Positions 19,234 through 28,976 of a stretch of DNA of 64,000 nt are shown here, piece after piece. The translations under genes and the position numbers were made by a program. Source of the DNA: Actinomycetes bacterium (lineage in GTDB: Bacteria > Actinomycetota > Acidimicrobiia > IMCC26256 > VFJJ01); assembly GCA_031362415.1 (NCBI GenBank), contig JANLSK010000312.1, forward strand, positions 36,194 to 100,193, read 5' to 3'. Numbering within the stretch: the stretch's first letter is position 1; every line of letters begins with the position of its first letter. Below the pieces are notes generated by a model, which was given only the letters and a program-made list of their open reading frames with translations, ran no database searches and was not told where the DNA came from.

Positions 19234-20082
19234 GTGCCTTCGAGCAGCATCCTGACGCTCACCTGTCCCGACCGTCCAGGGATCGTGCACGCCGTGTGCA
19301 GCGGCTTGCTCGAGGTGGGGGGCAACATCGTCGAGAACGCGCAGTTCGGTGATGTCGACACGGCGGTGTTCTGCATGCGGACGGTGTTCGGTGCCGATAC
19401 CGACGATCCGGCCGTGATCACCAGCGCGATCCGCCGTCATCTCGCCGACCCCGGGGCATCGCTGCGCGTTCGCTCGACGGGACATCGGCCCCGGTTACTG
19501 GTGCTGGTCTCGAAGTACGACCATTGCCTGGTCGATCTCCTGTACAGGTGGCGCAGCGGTTCACTCCCCGTCGAGATTTCCGCCGTGGTCTCGAACCATG
19601 ACGACTGCCGCGCGCTGGTGGAGAGCCATGGCATCCCCTACCACCATCTCCCCGTCACCGCGGCGACCAAGGCGGCGCAAGAAGCCGAGATCATGGAGCT
19701 CGTTCGTGAGACGGGCATCGAGCTCGTCGTGTTGGCCCGCTACATGCAGATCCTGAGCAACGACCTGTGCGCTGAGCTCGCGGGCCGGGCGATCAACATC
19801 CACCATTCGTTCCTGCCCGGGTTCAAGGGCGCCCGGCCGTACCACCAGGCGCACGATCGTGGCGTCAAGCTGGTGGGAGCGACCGCGCACTTCGTGACCG
19901 CCGATCTCGACGAGGGTCCGATCATCGACCAGGACGTCGTTCGGGTCGACCACGCCCACACCGTCGAGCAGCTCACGAACCTGGGCCAGGACGTCGAGCG
20001 GATGGTGCTCTCGCGCGCCGTGCGCTACTGGGCCGAGGACCGCATCCTCCTCGTGGGCCGAAAGACGGTCGTCTTCCCCTGA
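19234..20082 (+). CDS. purU: Formyltetrahydrofolate deformylase
   Basis: ACT domain 'LTCPDRPGIV', HCLVDLLYR, VLARYMQILS, INIHHSFLPGFKGARPYHQA, LDEGPII; GAGGAG RBS before the GTG. Confidence 0.96.
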   Translation: MPSSSILTLTCPDRPGIVHAVCSGLLEVGGNIVENAQFGDVDTAVFCMRTVFGADTDDPAVITSAIRRHLADPGASLRVRSTGHRPRLLVLVSKYDHCLVDLLYRWRSGSLPVEISAVVSNHDDCRALVESHGIPYHHLPVTAATKAAQEAEIMELVRETGIELVVLARYMQILSNDLCAELAGRAINIHHSFLPGFKGARPYHQAHDRGVKLVGATAHFVTADLDEGPIIDQDVVRVDHAHTVEQLTNLGQDVERMVLSRAVRYWAEDRILLVGRKTVVFP

Positions 20083-20137
20083 TCCTGCACGGAGGCGGAC
20101 GGGTCGACGAGAAAACCGCACCAACGACAGCTCCCGA

Positions 20138-22531
20138 TCACCGCTCGACCGGGATGACGCCCATCAGCTCGAGCACCCGAGACGGCGGGAGGTACTGCTC
20201 GAGCACCTTGGCGTTCCAGGGGCTCAAGGCATCTTCGACCGCCGAGCACACCGCAGCAGGCGCTCCGATGGCACCGCCTTCGCCCACTCCCCGGAAGTTG
20301 ACCTCCTGCGTGACGACCGTGGCGTCGACGTGGTGGATCTCGATCGGGGGGATCTCCATGGAGCTCGGGATCAGATAATCCATGAACGTACCGGCCTTGA
20401 ACGTGCCGTCATCGTCGTAGGCCGAGTGCTCGTAAAGCACCTCGCCGATCCCCTGGGCGATACCGCCGCGGATCTGCCCTTCGACGATCGCCGGGTTGAT
20501 CACGTCGCCGCAGTCCTCGACCACGACGTAGCGCAGCACCTTCACCACGCCGGTCTCGGGATCGATCTCCACGAAGCAGCTGTGGACCGACTGGGTCCAG
20601 CCGCCGTCGCCAGCACGGAAGTCGAACGTGGCCTCGATACCGGGATCGCGACCGGGCGGCAGGTAATGCGGGGCCAGCCAGGCCGTCATCGCCACCTGGG
20701 CCAGGGGCATCGCCTTGTCGGGGCTGCCCTTCACCCGCGCTACCCCGTCGACCACCTCGATATCTGTCGGATTCGCCTCGAGCATGTGGGCCACGATCTC
20801 AGCCACCTGGTCGCGCACGGCTCGGGCCACGCCGATCACCGATCCGCTCGCAACGGTGGCTGCTCGCGAGCCGCCCGTCCCCATCATCGAGAACGGGGCG
20901 GTACGCGAGTCGCTGTGGATGATCCGCACCGCGCTCATGGGGACGCCGAGCTCGTCGGCTGCGAGCTGGGCCAGGGTCGTCTCGTGCCCCTGCCCGTGGG
21001 GCGCCTGGCTGGTGTAGACCGACAGCGAGCCGTCGACCTCGAGCCGGGCCATCGCCCGTTCGGGCGGGACGTTGAAGCCGATCGACGGTCCGTAGTCGGC
21101 CGGCCCGGGTGCGGGCTCGATGAACGACACGACCCCGAGGCCCAGCACCCGCCCGGGCCGCCCGGGCTGTCCGGGGTGTCCGGGCTTGCCGCCCTCGCCG
21201 CGGGCCCGCTCCGACGCCTGCTCGGCCCGGAATCCGGCCCAGTCGGCGACCCGTTCGGACTTGTCGAGGGCCGACCGGAGCGTGATGCCCGAGAGCGTGG
21301 GTCCGGCCGGGAGCTTGTGGGGAAAGGCGTCGGCGCCAAGGAGGTTGCGGCGACGCACCTCGACGGGATCGAGCCCCAGCTCCCGACCGATGCGGTCGAG
21401 CACCCGCTCACGCACCCAGGTCTCGATGGCCCACGGCCCCCGGTAGGCGACGTAGGTCGCCTTGTTCGTGAACACGGCCCGGTGCCGGAAGGAGTAATCG
21501 GCGATGTCGTACGCGCCGGGGATGAGCACCCGGGCCAGGGTCCCCACGAGCGTGGTGATCGGCGCGGAGGAGGTGGGGTAGGCGCCTCCCGCCAGCACCA
21601 TGTCGAGCCGGAGGCCGAGGATCCGCCCGTCGGCGTCGACGGCGGCTTCGACGGTCACGGTCTCTTCACGGGCCTGGCCGCCAACGGAGAGGTTCTCGGT
21701 TCTGTCCTCGATCCACTTGACGGGACGGCCGGGGAGCGCCTTGGCGGCCGCGCACACGGCCAGCTCCTCGTGCCCGAGCGAGGTCTTCTGGCCGAACGAC
21801 CCGCCAACGTCGCCGAGAATCACGTCGATGTTGGTGGTCGGGAGCGCCAGCGCGGAGCCGATGACGAACCGGGCCATCTGCGTGCCCTGCAAGGTTCCGA
21901 TGTAGGTGAAATGGTTCCGGCCGGGCTCGTAGGTCGCGATGACACCCCGAGTCTCCATGGGGCAGTTGGTGATCCGATGCTGAACGAACGTCTCGCGAAT
22001 GGTGTGCGCAGCCCGGGTGAACGCCGCGTCAGGGTCGCCGTAGGTGGTCTGTTCCTCGTAGAGGACGTTGCCCTCGAGCTCGTCCCAAACTCTCGGCCCG
22101 TCGGATGCCAGGGCCCGCGCGATCGATCCGATACCGGCGAGCTCCTCGTACTCCACCTCGACGAGCTCGCAGGCGTCCTCAGCGATGGCGCGGGAGTCGG
22201 CGATCACCAGCGCCACGGTGTCACCGACCATGCGCACCTTGTCGGTGGCCAGGCACGTGAAGCGGGGACAGCTCATCCCCGGAGGGCCCTGGGTGACGAT
22301 CGGCGCAACATGACGCGCGAGATCGGCGGCCGTGAACACCGCGATCACCCCCGGATGCGCTCGTGCCGCCGCGGTGTCGATCGAGTGCACCCGGGCGTGG
22401 GCGAAGGGACTGCGGACGAACGCCGCGTGACCGAGTCCGTGCGGCTGTCGGTCGTCGATGTAGAGCCCGCCTCCGGTGAGGATGCGCGGGTCCTCGACCC
22501 TGGTGACCCGGGTTCCGGTGAATCGCTGCAC
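20138..22531 (-). CDS. Xanthine dehydrogenase family molybdopterin-binding large subunit (CoxL/CutL-like, not a form I CODH)
   Basis: RVEDPRILTG, VGGSFGQK, AYRGPW active-site loop, HGQGHETT, EGQIRGG, GVGEGG. Confidence 0.92.
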   Translation of the reverse strand: MQRFTGTRVTRVEDPRILTGGGLYIDDRQPHGLGHAAFVRSPFAHARVHSIDTAAARAHPGVIAVFTAADLARHVAPIVTQGPPGMSCPRFTCLATDKVRMVGDTVALVIADSRAIAEDACELVEVEYEELAGIGSIARALASDGPRVWDELEGNVLYEEQTTYGDPDAAFTRAAHTIRETFVQHRITNCPMETRGVIATYEPGRNHFTYIGTLQGTQMARFVIGSALALPTTNIDVILGDVGGSFGQKTSLGHEELAVCAAAKALPGRPVKWIEDRTENLSVGGQAREETVTVEAAVDADGRILGLRLDMVLAGGAYPTSSAPITTLVGTLARVLIPGAYDIADYSFRHRAVFTNKATYVAYRGPWAIETWVRERVLDRIGRELGLDPVEVRRRNLLGADAFPHKLPAGPTLSGITLRSALDKSERVADWAGFRAEQASERARGEGGKPGHPGQPGRPGRVLGLGVVSFIEPAPGPADYGPSIGFNVPPERAMARLEVDGSLSVYTSQAPHGQGHETTLAQLAADELGVPMSAVRIIHSDSRTAPFSMMGTGGSRAATVASGSVIGVARAVRDQVAEIVAHMLEANPTDIEVVDGVARVKGSPDKAMPLAQVAMTAWLAPHYLPPGRDPGIEATFDFRAGDGGWTQSVHSCFVEIDPETGVVKVLRYVVVEDCGDVINPAIVEGQIRGGIAQGIGEVLYEHSAYDDDGTFKAGTFMDYLIPSSMEIPPIEIHHVDATVVTQEVNFRGVGEGGAIGAPAAVCSAVEDALSPWNAKVLEQYLPPSRVLELMGVIPVER

Positions 22532-22532
22532 C

Positions 22533-23108
22533 TCAGGCCCCCGAGCTCTCGGACGTGATCTCCCAGGCCCGGCGAACGCCGTCGACGATCGACTGGTAGC
22601 CCGTGCACCGACAGAGGTTCCCCGACAGCGCTTCACGGAGCTCGTCGTCGGACGGTGCACCTGCGCTCTGGGTGCCTGCGATCTGCTCACGCCGGGCGAG
22701 GTATGCCGTGATCGCCATGAGAAAGCCGGGTGTGCAGAATCCGCACTGGAAGCTCATGGCCTCCAGACACCCCTGTTGCACGGGGTGCATCGCGGCGACC
22801 GAGCCCAGGCCCTCGACGGTCGTGACGGCCGTGTCCCGGGCCTGCACGGCGAGCATGAGGCACGAGCGCACGGGATCGCCGTCGACGAGCACGGTGCAGG
22901 CGCCGCACACACCGTGCTCGCATCCCAGATGCGTCGCGGTGAGGCCGAGGTCGTCGCGCAGCCAGTCGGCCAAGGTGCGCCTGGGCTCGACGGTGGCGCT
23001 GTGACGCATCCCGTTCACCGTGACGGGCACGGTGGCAGCGGGGATCTCCAGCGGCGCAGTCGGCAAGGCCGGCAAGGCCGGGGTCGATGGCAGCTCAGCG
23101 GACGCCAT
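22533..23108 (-). CDS. (2Fe-2S)-binding small subunit (CoxS-like)
   Basis: GCEHGVCGAC...SC, QCGFCTPG, GNLCRCTGY. Confidence 0.95.
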   Translation of the reverse strand: MASAELPSTPALPALPTAPLEIPAATVPVTVNGMRHSATVEPRRTLADWLRDDLGLTATHLGCEHGVCGACTVLVDGDPVRSCLMLAVQARDTAVTTVEGLGSVAAMHPVQQGCLEAMSFQCGFCTPGFLMAITAYLARREQIAGTQSAGAPSDDELREALSGNLCRCTGYQSIVDGVRRAWEITSESSGA

Positions 23109-23964
23109 CGACGGCCTCCTTGACGACACGCTCGGTGAGCACACCGGCGATGTGGCGGCGATAGGCGGCGCTGGCGTGGACGTCTCCCGACGGATCGAGA
23201 CCGGCGCGGGCCACAGCCGCCATCTCGGCGATGGCTGCGGTCGTGGGCTCGTGGCCGACGAGCATCCGCTCGGCCTCGGGGGCCCGCACGGGCGTCCCGG
23301 CCACGCCGGTGAAGGCCAGCCGGGCGTCGGTGACCAAACCGGTCGCCGGGTCGAGCTGCACCACGGCGCCGGCACCCACGATGGCGAAGTCGCCGTGACG
23401 CCGGGCGATCTCCTGGAACCCGGCGCCGGCAGCCGAGGGCCAGACCGGAAGCCGGATCTCGACGAGGAGCTCGTGGGGCAGTGCGGCGGTGGTGAGGAAG
23501 CCCTGGAAGAACTCGGCGGCGGGAACGATCCGGTCGCCACCCGAGGCCGATCGCAGCACCATCTCGGCTTCGAGCGCCAGCATCACCGCCGGGAGCTCGG
23601 CGGCAGGGTCGGCATGGGCGACGCTGCCGCCGATGGTGCCCCGGTTGCGGATGGGGCCGTGGGCGATGAACGGGATCGCCTTTCCCAGCAAGGGACTGGC
23701 GGCCTGCAACGCTGTCGAACGCTCGACCGTGCACTGGCGGACGGTGGCCCCGATTCGAGTGCGCCCGTTCACGTGATACCGGCCAAGCTCGGCGATGCGC
23801 CCGATGTCGACGAGCCTCGCCGGTCGGGCCAGGCGCATGCTCAACAGTGGTATGAGGCTCTGGCCCCCGGCAAGGACCTTGGCCTCGTCGCCGTGCTCGG
23901 CCAGGAGGCTCATGGCCTCCTCGGTCGTCTCGGGCGCGTCGTACTCGAAGGGCGGCGGCTTCAT
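23095..23964 (-). CDS. FAD-binding medium subunit (CoxM-like)
   Basis: MKPPPFEY, LAGGQSL, IRNRGTIGGS.AHADP, RRHGDFA. Confidence 0.95.
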   Translation of the reverse strand: MKPPPFEYDAPETTEEAMSLLAEHGDEAKVLAGGQSLIPLLSMRLARPARLVDIGRIAELGRYHVNGRTRIGATVRQCTVERSTALQAASPLLGKAIPFIAHGPIRNRGTIGGSVAHADPAAELPAVMLALEAEMVLRSASGGDRIVPAAEFFQGFLTTAALPHELLVEIRLPVWPSAAGAGFQEIARRHGDFAIVGAGAVVQLDPATGLVTDARLAFTGVAGTPVRAPEAERMLVGHEPTTAAIAEMAAVARAGLDPSGDVHASAAYRRHIAGVLTERVVKEAVDGVR

Positions 23965-24081
23965 GGCGGCAGCCTTGCACGCCCGTCGGAGACGTGCCCG
24001 ACATCGAGCCCGCAGGGAGCCGGCAGGGTGCGGGCAGGGAGCCGTCCTGCGAGCACGACCGGCGGCTTGCGGTCATCGCCG

Positions 24082-24870
24082 ATGCCCGACAGCATGCCCG
24101 GCATGCCTGCTCTCGTGCTCACTCCCTCAACCGGTGTCGTCGTCTCGGGCGGCGCGTCCGGCATCGGCCTCGCCACGGCCCGGGCTCTGGCCCAGGTCGG
24201 ACGCCCGGTCGCCTGCTGGGACGTGAACGAAGAGGGCGCAGTCGCCGCGGCCAAGGCCATCGCAACCGAGCACGGTGTGGCAACGATCGGTATCGGGCTC
24301 GACGTGCGCGTCAGCGCGTCGTACGCCGACGCCATCGCCCGATCGCGCGCTGCGCTCGGGACCATCGGCGGCTTCGTTCACTGCGCGGGCATTCCCGGCG
24401 CCGGGCCCATCGACGTGATGACCGAGGAGATCTGGGACGCCACGCTCGGCATCAACCTCAAGGCCCAGGCGCTGATCAGCCAGGCGCTCCTGCCCGACCT
24501 GCGGGCCAACCCCGGCTCGGCGATCGTGGGGATCGCATCGATCGAGGCGATCATCGGCCACGCCGCCATCCCCGCATACTGCGCGTCCAAGGCCGGCGTG
24601 CTCGGCTTGACCCGCTCGATGGCCGAGCATCTCGCCGCCGACGGCATCAGGGTGAACGCCGTCTGCCCCGGCTACATCGAGACGCCCATGCTGGCACCCT
24701 CCTTTGGTATCGAGGGGAGCCGTGATCGCATGATCGAATCCGCTCCCCTGCGCCGGCTGGGCCAACCCGACGACATCGCCAAGGCCGTGCGCTTCCTGCT
24801 CAGCGACGAGGCTTCGTTCATCACCGGCACCCACCTCGTCGTCGACGGGGGAACCACCGCCGTCGACTGA
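24082..24870 (+). CDS. SDR family oxidoreductase
   Basis: SGGASGIG, YCASK, IRVNAVCPGYIETPM, VDGG. Confidence 0.92.
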   Translation: MPDSMPGMPALVLTPSTGVVVSGGASGIGLATARALAQVGRPVACWDVNEEGAVAAAKAIATEHGVATIGIGLDVRVSASYADAIARSRAALGTIGGFVHCAGIPGAGPIDVMTEEIWDATLGINLKAQALISQALLPDLRANPGSAIVGIASIEAIIGHAAIPAYCASKAGVLGLTRSMAEHLAADGIRVNAVCPGYIETPMLAPSFGIEGSRDRMIESAPLRRLGQPDDIAKAVRFLLSDEASFITGTHLVVDGGTTAVD

Positions 24871-24900
24871 GACGGAGACGACGCCGCGCGGCCCGATCGT

Positions 24901-25572
24901 TCAACCGGTGGCGGCTGTCGCCAGCGCGGCGAGAACCAGTTCCAGGCCGTACTCGAACTCGTTGCCGTAGCTGTAGCCCGGTTGGAGGATGTACTCCGTA
25001 GTCAGCTCCTGCAGGTACGGGTAGGCGTCAGCCGAGAGTTCGGGCATCATCGTCTCGACGACCTCGCCGAGGTCGTCGGAGTCGTCGAACGGCAGGTTCA
25101 CCTCCTGCATCACGAAGCCGTAGATGTAGCTGTCGATGAGCGAGAACGCGTGCGCCGCCATCTCGACCGAGAACCCCGCGATGCGACAGCAGCCGAGCAC
25201 GGCATCGTGGTGCTTGAGCGTGGCCGGACCGGGAGAGCTGCGTGAGCCCATGAGGCTGATCGCCCACGGATGGCGCGTCAGGGCTGCTCGCTCCGAATTG
25301 GCCCGCTGACGCATCGCGTCCTTCCAGTCCGTGCAGTCCGACGGGAGCTCGACCTCGCCGAAGACCGTGTCGACCATGCCGTCGAGGATGTCGGTCTTGT
25401 TGGCGACGTGGTGGTAGAGCGACATCGCTTCGACGCCAAGCTCGTGAGCGAGCCTCCGCATGGTGAGCGAGCCGATGCCTTCGGCGTCGGCCAGCGCCAC
25501 AGCCGCGGCCAGCGCTCGCTCCCGGCTGAGGGCAGGTCGCGACCGGGTCTTCTTGGTGGGCTGCTCGGCCAC
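24901..25572 (-). CDS. TetR/AcrR family regulator (TetR_C type)
   Basis: LSRERALAAAVALADAEG..LTMRRLAHELGVEAMSLYHHV HTH; FEYGLELVL C-terminus. Confidence 0.94.
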   Translation of the reverse strand: MAEQPTKKTRSRPALSRERALAAAVALADAEGIGSLTMRRLAHELGVEAMSLYHHVANKTDILDGMVDTVFGEVELPSDCTDWKDAMRQRANSERAALTRHPWAISLMGSRSSPGPATLKHHDAVLGCCRIAGFSVEMAAHAFSLIDSYIYGFVMQEVNLPFDDSDDLGEVVETMMPELSADAYPYLQELTTEYILQPGYSYGNEFEYGLELVLAALATAATG

Positions 25573-25608
25573 GTGGCGTCTCCCGCTCGGCGCGGATCTT
25601 CCAAATCC

Positions 25609-25658
25609 TTGACAACCTTACAACGTACTGTTACGGTCAACCTGCCTTACACCGTAAG
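25609..25658 (+). promoter_or_regulatory. Housekeeping-type promoter (TTGACA-N17-TACGGT) overlapped by probable TetR operators
   Basis: TTGACA 25609-25614, TACGGT 25632-25637; palindrome CTTAC-ACC-GTAAG 25646-25658 and an imperfect copy CTTACAACGTAC at 25617; lies between the divergent tetR and ABC genes. Confidence 0.75.
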
Positions 25659-25786
25659 TTCACGGTCGTCCGGACGGGCGACACGACAGGAGCCACCGAC
25701 ATGGCCGCATCCAGCCGACCGATCCCACTCCGGCAGTCGCTCCCGCCTCGGGGCGCATTCGTCATCACCGTGGGGGGTGCATCGGC

Positions 25787-26683
25787 ATGATCACGGTCTC
25801 GGGAATCACCAAGCGCTACGGCACGCGCATCGCGGTCGACGACGTGACCTTCGAGGTGACCGCCGGCCGCGTCACGGGTTTCGTCGGACCGAACGGCGCC
25901 GGGAAGTCGACCACCATGCGGATGATGGTCGGGCTCACCCGAGCTGACCGCGGGGAGGTTCGCTACGACGGCATCAGGTACACCGATCTCCAGTACCCGG
26001 CCCGGGTCGTTGGATCGGTGCTCGACGCCCGGTGCATGCACCCCGGGCGCACAGCCCGAAACCACCTTCGAGCGACGGCGGCCATCAGCGGCTTCGCTGT
26101 CGACCGTGTCGCGACCGTGCTCGCCGAGGTCGGTCTCGAACGGGCAGCAGACCAGCGGGCGGGGAAGTTCTCACTCGGCATGCGCCAGCGCCTGGCGCTG
26201 GCTGGCGCGCTGCTCGGCGAACCGCGGGTGCTCGTGCTCGACGAACCGTCCAACGGTCTCGATCCCGATGGCATCCGCTGGCTCCGCACCTCCCTCAGCG
26301 CCTTCGCAGCAGGAGGAGGAACGGTCTTCGTGTCGAGTCATCTCATCAGCGAGCTGGCCATGTTCGCCGACGACCTCATCGTGGTCGGTGGCGGAACGCT
26401 GCTCGCAGCCGACTCCGTCGAGGCGATCATCGCTCGCAACGAGATCACGGTCATCGTCGAGACCCCTCACCAGGCCGAACTGGCCGACCTCCTCACGGCG
26501 CACCAGCTCTCATGGGACGTCGCCGGACACCGGCTGCTCGTGCATGGGTCGTCCAAGACCGCCGTGTCGCAGATCGCCTTCGACAACCGAATCCGAGTGG
26601 TCGAGATCACGGAGCTCTCGAGGTCGCTCGAAGAGACCCTGCTCGACATGACCGGCGCGTCGGCCGAGTTCACCTCGGCCTGA
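25787..26683 (+). CDS. ABC transporter ATP-binding protein
   Basis: GPNGAGKST, FSLGMRQR, LVLDEP, SSH. Confidence 0.95.
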   Translation: MITVSGITKRYGTRIAVDDVTFEVTAGRVTGFVGPNGAGKSTTMRMMVGLTRADRGEVRYDGIRYTDLQYPARVVGSVLDARCMHPGRTARNHLRATAAISGFAVDRVATVLAEVGLERAADQRAGKFSLGMRQRLALAGALLGEPRVLVLDEPSNGLDPDGIRWLRTSLSAFAAGGGTVFVSSHLISELAMFADDLIVVGGGTLLAADSVEAIIARNEITVIVETPHQAELADLLTAHQLSWDVAGHRLLVHGSSKTAVSQIAFDNRIRVVEITELSRSLEETLLDMTGASAEFTSA

Positions 26684-26716
26684 CCGACAACCACACCCCT
26701 CACAGAAGGTACGACC

Positions 26717-27580
26717 ATGAGCGTCAGCGCACCGTCCCTACCGAGCCTCCCGCCGAACATCCCGCCGAACATCCCGCCGAACGCCGCCCGACCCGCAACC
26801 CACCGCCCAGCCACTCGTTCCCCGGGCCACGACGTCAGAAGCATCCCGAAGGTCCTGAGGAGCGAGTGGATCAAGCTGGCGTCGGTCCGGTCCAGCATGG
26901 TCATCCTCGCCGTCACCGTCGGTGCGGGCTTTCTGGTCGCATGGGCCGTTGCGGCCCTGGTGACCGACGAGGTGCTGTACGTCTCCGAGGTCGGCTTCTA
27001 CTGGAGCGTGGTCACGGCCGTGCTCGCGGCGATCGCCGGGATCTTGCTGTTCAGCTCCGAAGCTCAGCACGGCACTTTGGCGACGGCGTTGGCCGCGCAG
27101 CCAGCCCGCTGGGTGCTCACGCTCGCCAAGGCACTCACGGCCGCGGCCGTGGGTGTCGTGCTGGGAGCAGCCGGTCTCGCCGCCGGCTTCGGCGGCGCGT
27201 TGATCTCGGACATCGGTACCGGCGACACGTCGGGAATCGCCGCCACGACGCTGTGGGTGCTGCTCTACACGGCGCTCAGCGCGGTACTGGGGCTGGGCGT
27301 CGGGATGATCGTCCGCCACAGCTCGGGGGCCATCGCCGGAGTGTTGGTATGGGGATTCGTGGTCGAGAACCTGCTCAACGTCTTCATCCCCGAGAGCGTC
27401 TCCCGCTTCCTTCCGTTCCTCGCCGGCAACCGTCTGCTCGCGATCGACTCGGATCTCGACTCCGCCGAGGCGATCGCCGTGGCCCTCACCAGAGCCGAGA
27501 ACGCCCTCGTGTTCAGCATCTACACGGCGGTGGCACTCGCTGCTGGCGCCATCTCGCTGTATCGGCGAGACACCACCTGA
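26717..27580 (+). CDS. ABC-2 type permease
   Basis: LRSEWIKL..RS, about 6 hydrophobic segments, C-terminal RRD. Confidence 0.9.
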   Translation: MSVSAPSLPSLPPNIPPNIPPNAARPATHRPATRSPGHDVRSIPKVLRSEWIKLASVRSSMVILAVTVGAGFLVAWAVAALVTDEVLYVSEVGFYWSVVTAVLAAIAGILLFSSEAQHGTLATALAAQPARWVLTLAKALTAAAVGVVLGAAGLAAGFGGALISDIGTGDTSGIAATTLWVLLYTALSAVLGLGVGMIVRHSSGAIAGVLVWGFVVENLLNVFIPESVSRFLPFLAGNRLLAIDSDLDSAEAIAVALTRAENALVFSIYTAVALAAGAISLYRRDTT

Positions 27581-27602
27581 GCCGGCCTCGCTCGACGGCG
27601 AC

Positions 27603-28832
27603 TCAGGCCGGCTCGACCGCCAGGTGGAGCTCCTCGAGTCGGCGGAGAAAGAGGCTGGGCACCCACCGGGGCGCCGGGGCCCCAGGGTCGAGGCTGATCG
27701 ACCGGGCCCGCGACAGGAGCTCCTCGACAGCAAGTCGGGCCTCGAGACGGGCGAGCGGGGCGCCAATGCAGTGATGGATGCCCCAGCCAAACCCCAACTG
27801 CCGATTGGCGTTCGAGCGGTCGAGGTCGATGCCGTCGGGATCGGTGAACACCTCGGGATCACGATTCGCCGCTCCCCACATGAGCAGCAGGCGATCCCCC
27901 GGCTCCAGGTCGACACCACCGAGCGAGCAGGCGACACGCACGTGGCGGAAGTGCCCCCGGAACGGGGCTTCGAGGCGCAACACCTCCTCGACGAACGCCG
28001 GGATGCGGCCCGGTTCGGCGCGGAGCCGGTCCTGCACGTCGGGATCGATGGCCAGATGGAGCGCGCACGAGCCGGTGAGACCAGTGGTCGAGTCGCTGCC
28101 GGCTCCGACGAGCTGCACGGCCATGGCGACGGCGTCGTCGGCGTCATACTCACCGGCGATGACCCCCGCGGCGAGGGTGTCGATCACCCCGATCGACGGG
28201 GATCCCGTCGCCACCCGCTGCTTGGCTGCCGTCAGATGCTCACCGAGGTAGGCGACCTCGTCGGCCACGTGGGCCATGCACTGGGCAATGCGGGCGCCGT
28301 CGGCGAAACCCGACAGTAACTCGATGCCGGCATCCGACCAATGCTTGAGGCGGGCGGTGTCGCCGTCGGGCAGTCCCATCACCAATGCGATGGCGCGGAT
28401 CGGCAGCATGCTCGACACCGTGTGCACCCACTCGACGTGGCCGGTGGGAACCGTCGCCGCCAGGCGCTCGGCCACCATGGCTCGGAACTGCGGCTCGAGC
28501 CCGGCCATGGGCGTTCCACCAAACGGTCGGTTGAGGCTGCGCCGGTGCACGGTGTGGAACGGCTCGTCGGCTGTGGCCAACACGTCGACGCCACCACCAC
28601 CGCCAGCGTCGATGAGGATCTGGCGGCCCGTGTCGTCGACCATCACGAACGCTGTGAGGTTGTTCGAGAGCTCGACCGTGCGGCCGATGGCGTCCATCAC
28701 GTCGGCGTGTCGGAGCACGAGATACACGTCGAACTGGGGCACCCGGAACACCGGCTGCTCGATCCGTAGCCGGGCCCACGTGGGATACGGATCATCGAGC
28801 ACGACGGCAACGAACGGATCGACGGTCGTCAT
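27603..28832 (-). CDS. Cytochrome P450
   Basis: GAGSDSTT, EEVLR, FGWGIHHCIG; start at MTTVDPF. Confidence 0.95.
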   Translation of the reverse strand: MTTVDPFVAVVLDDPYPTWARLRIEQPVFRVPQFDVYLVLRHADVMDAIGRTVELSNNLTAFVMVDDTGRQILIDAGGGGGVDVLATADEPFHTVHRRSLNRPFGGTPMAGLEPQFRAMVAERLAATVPTGHVEWVHTVSSMLPIRAIALVMGLPDGDTARLKHWSDAGIELLSGFADGARIAQCMAHVADEVAYLGEHLTAAKQRVATGSPSIGVIDTLAAGVIAGEYDADDAVAMAVQLVGAGSDSTTGLTGSCALHLAIDPDVQDRLRAEPGRIPAFVEEVLRLEAPFRGHFRHVRVACSLGGVDLEPGDRLLLMWGAANRDPEVFTDPDGIDLDRSNANRQLGFGWGIHHCIGAPLARLEARLAVEELLSRARSISLDPGAPAPRWVPSLFLRRLEELHLAVEPA

Positions 28833-28976
28833 GGCCAGATCGTCGCGCTCCGACGTTCCACACGCCACACGCCACACGGCCCGTCCCAGGCGCAGACAGC
28901 CAGGCCCGGGACGAGAACCCCGCCCGACGGGCACGGACGCCGCTGCCGGCGCGAGGCTGGCGCCAATCACCCGCCC

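Noticed and set aside
20330-22558. Long antisense ORFs (for example 742 aa here, 638-2491, 35950-37527, 53953-55803)
   Set aside because: Shadow frames of real genes, expected at ~70% GC; no motifs and Arg/Gly/His-biased composition.
20138-23964. Aerobic CO dehydrogenase (coxMSL)
   Set aside because: Lacks the AYxCSFR Cu-ligand motif and there are no coxDEFG accessory genes.
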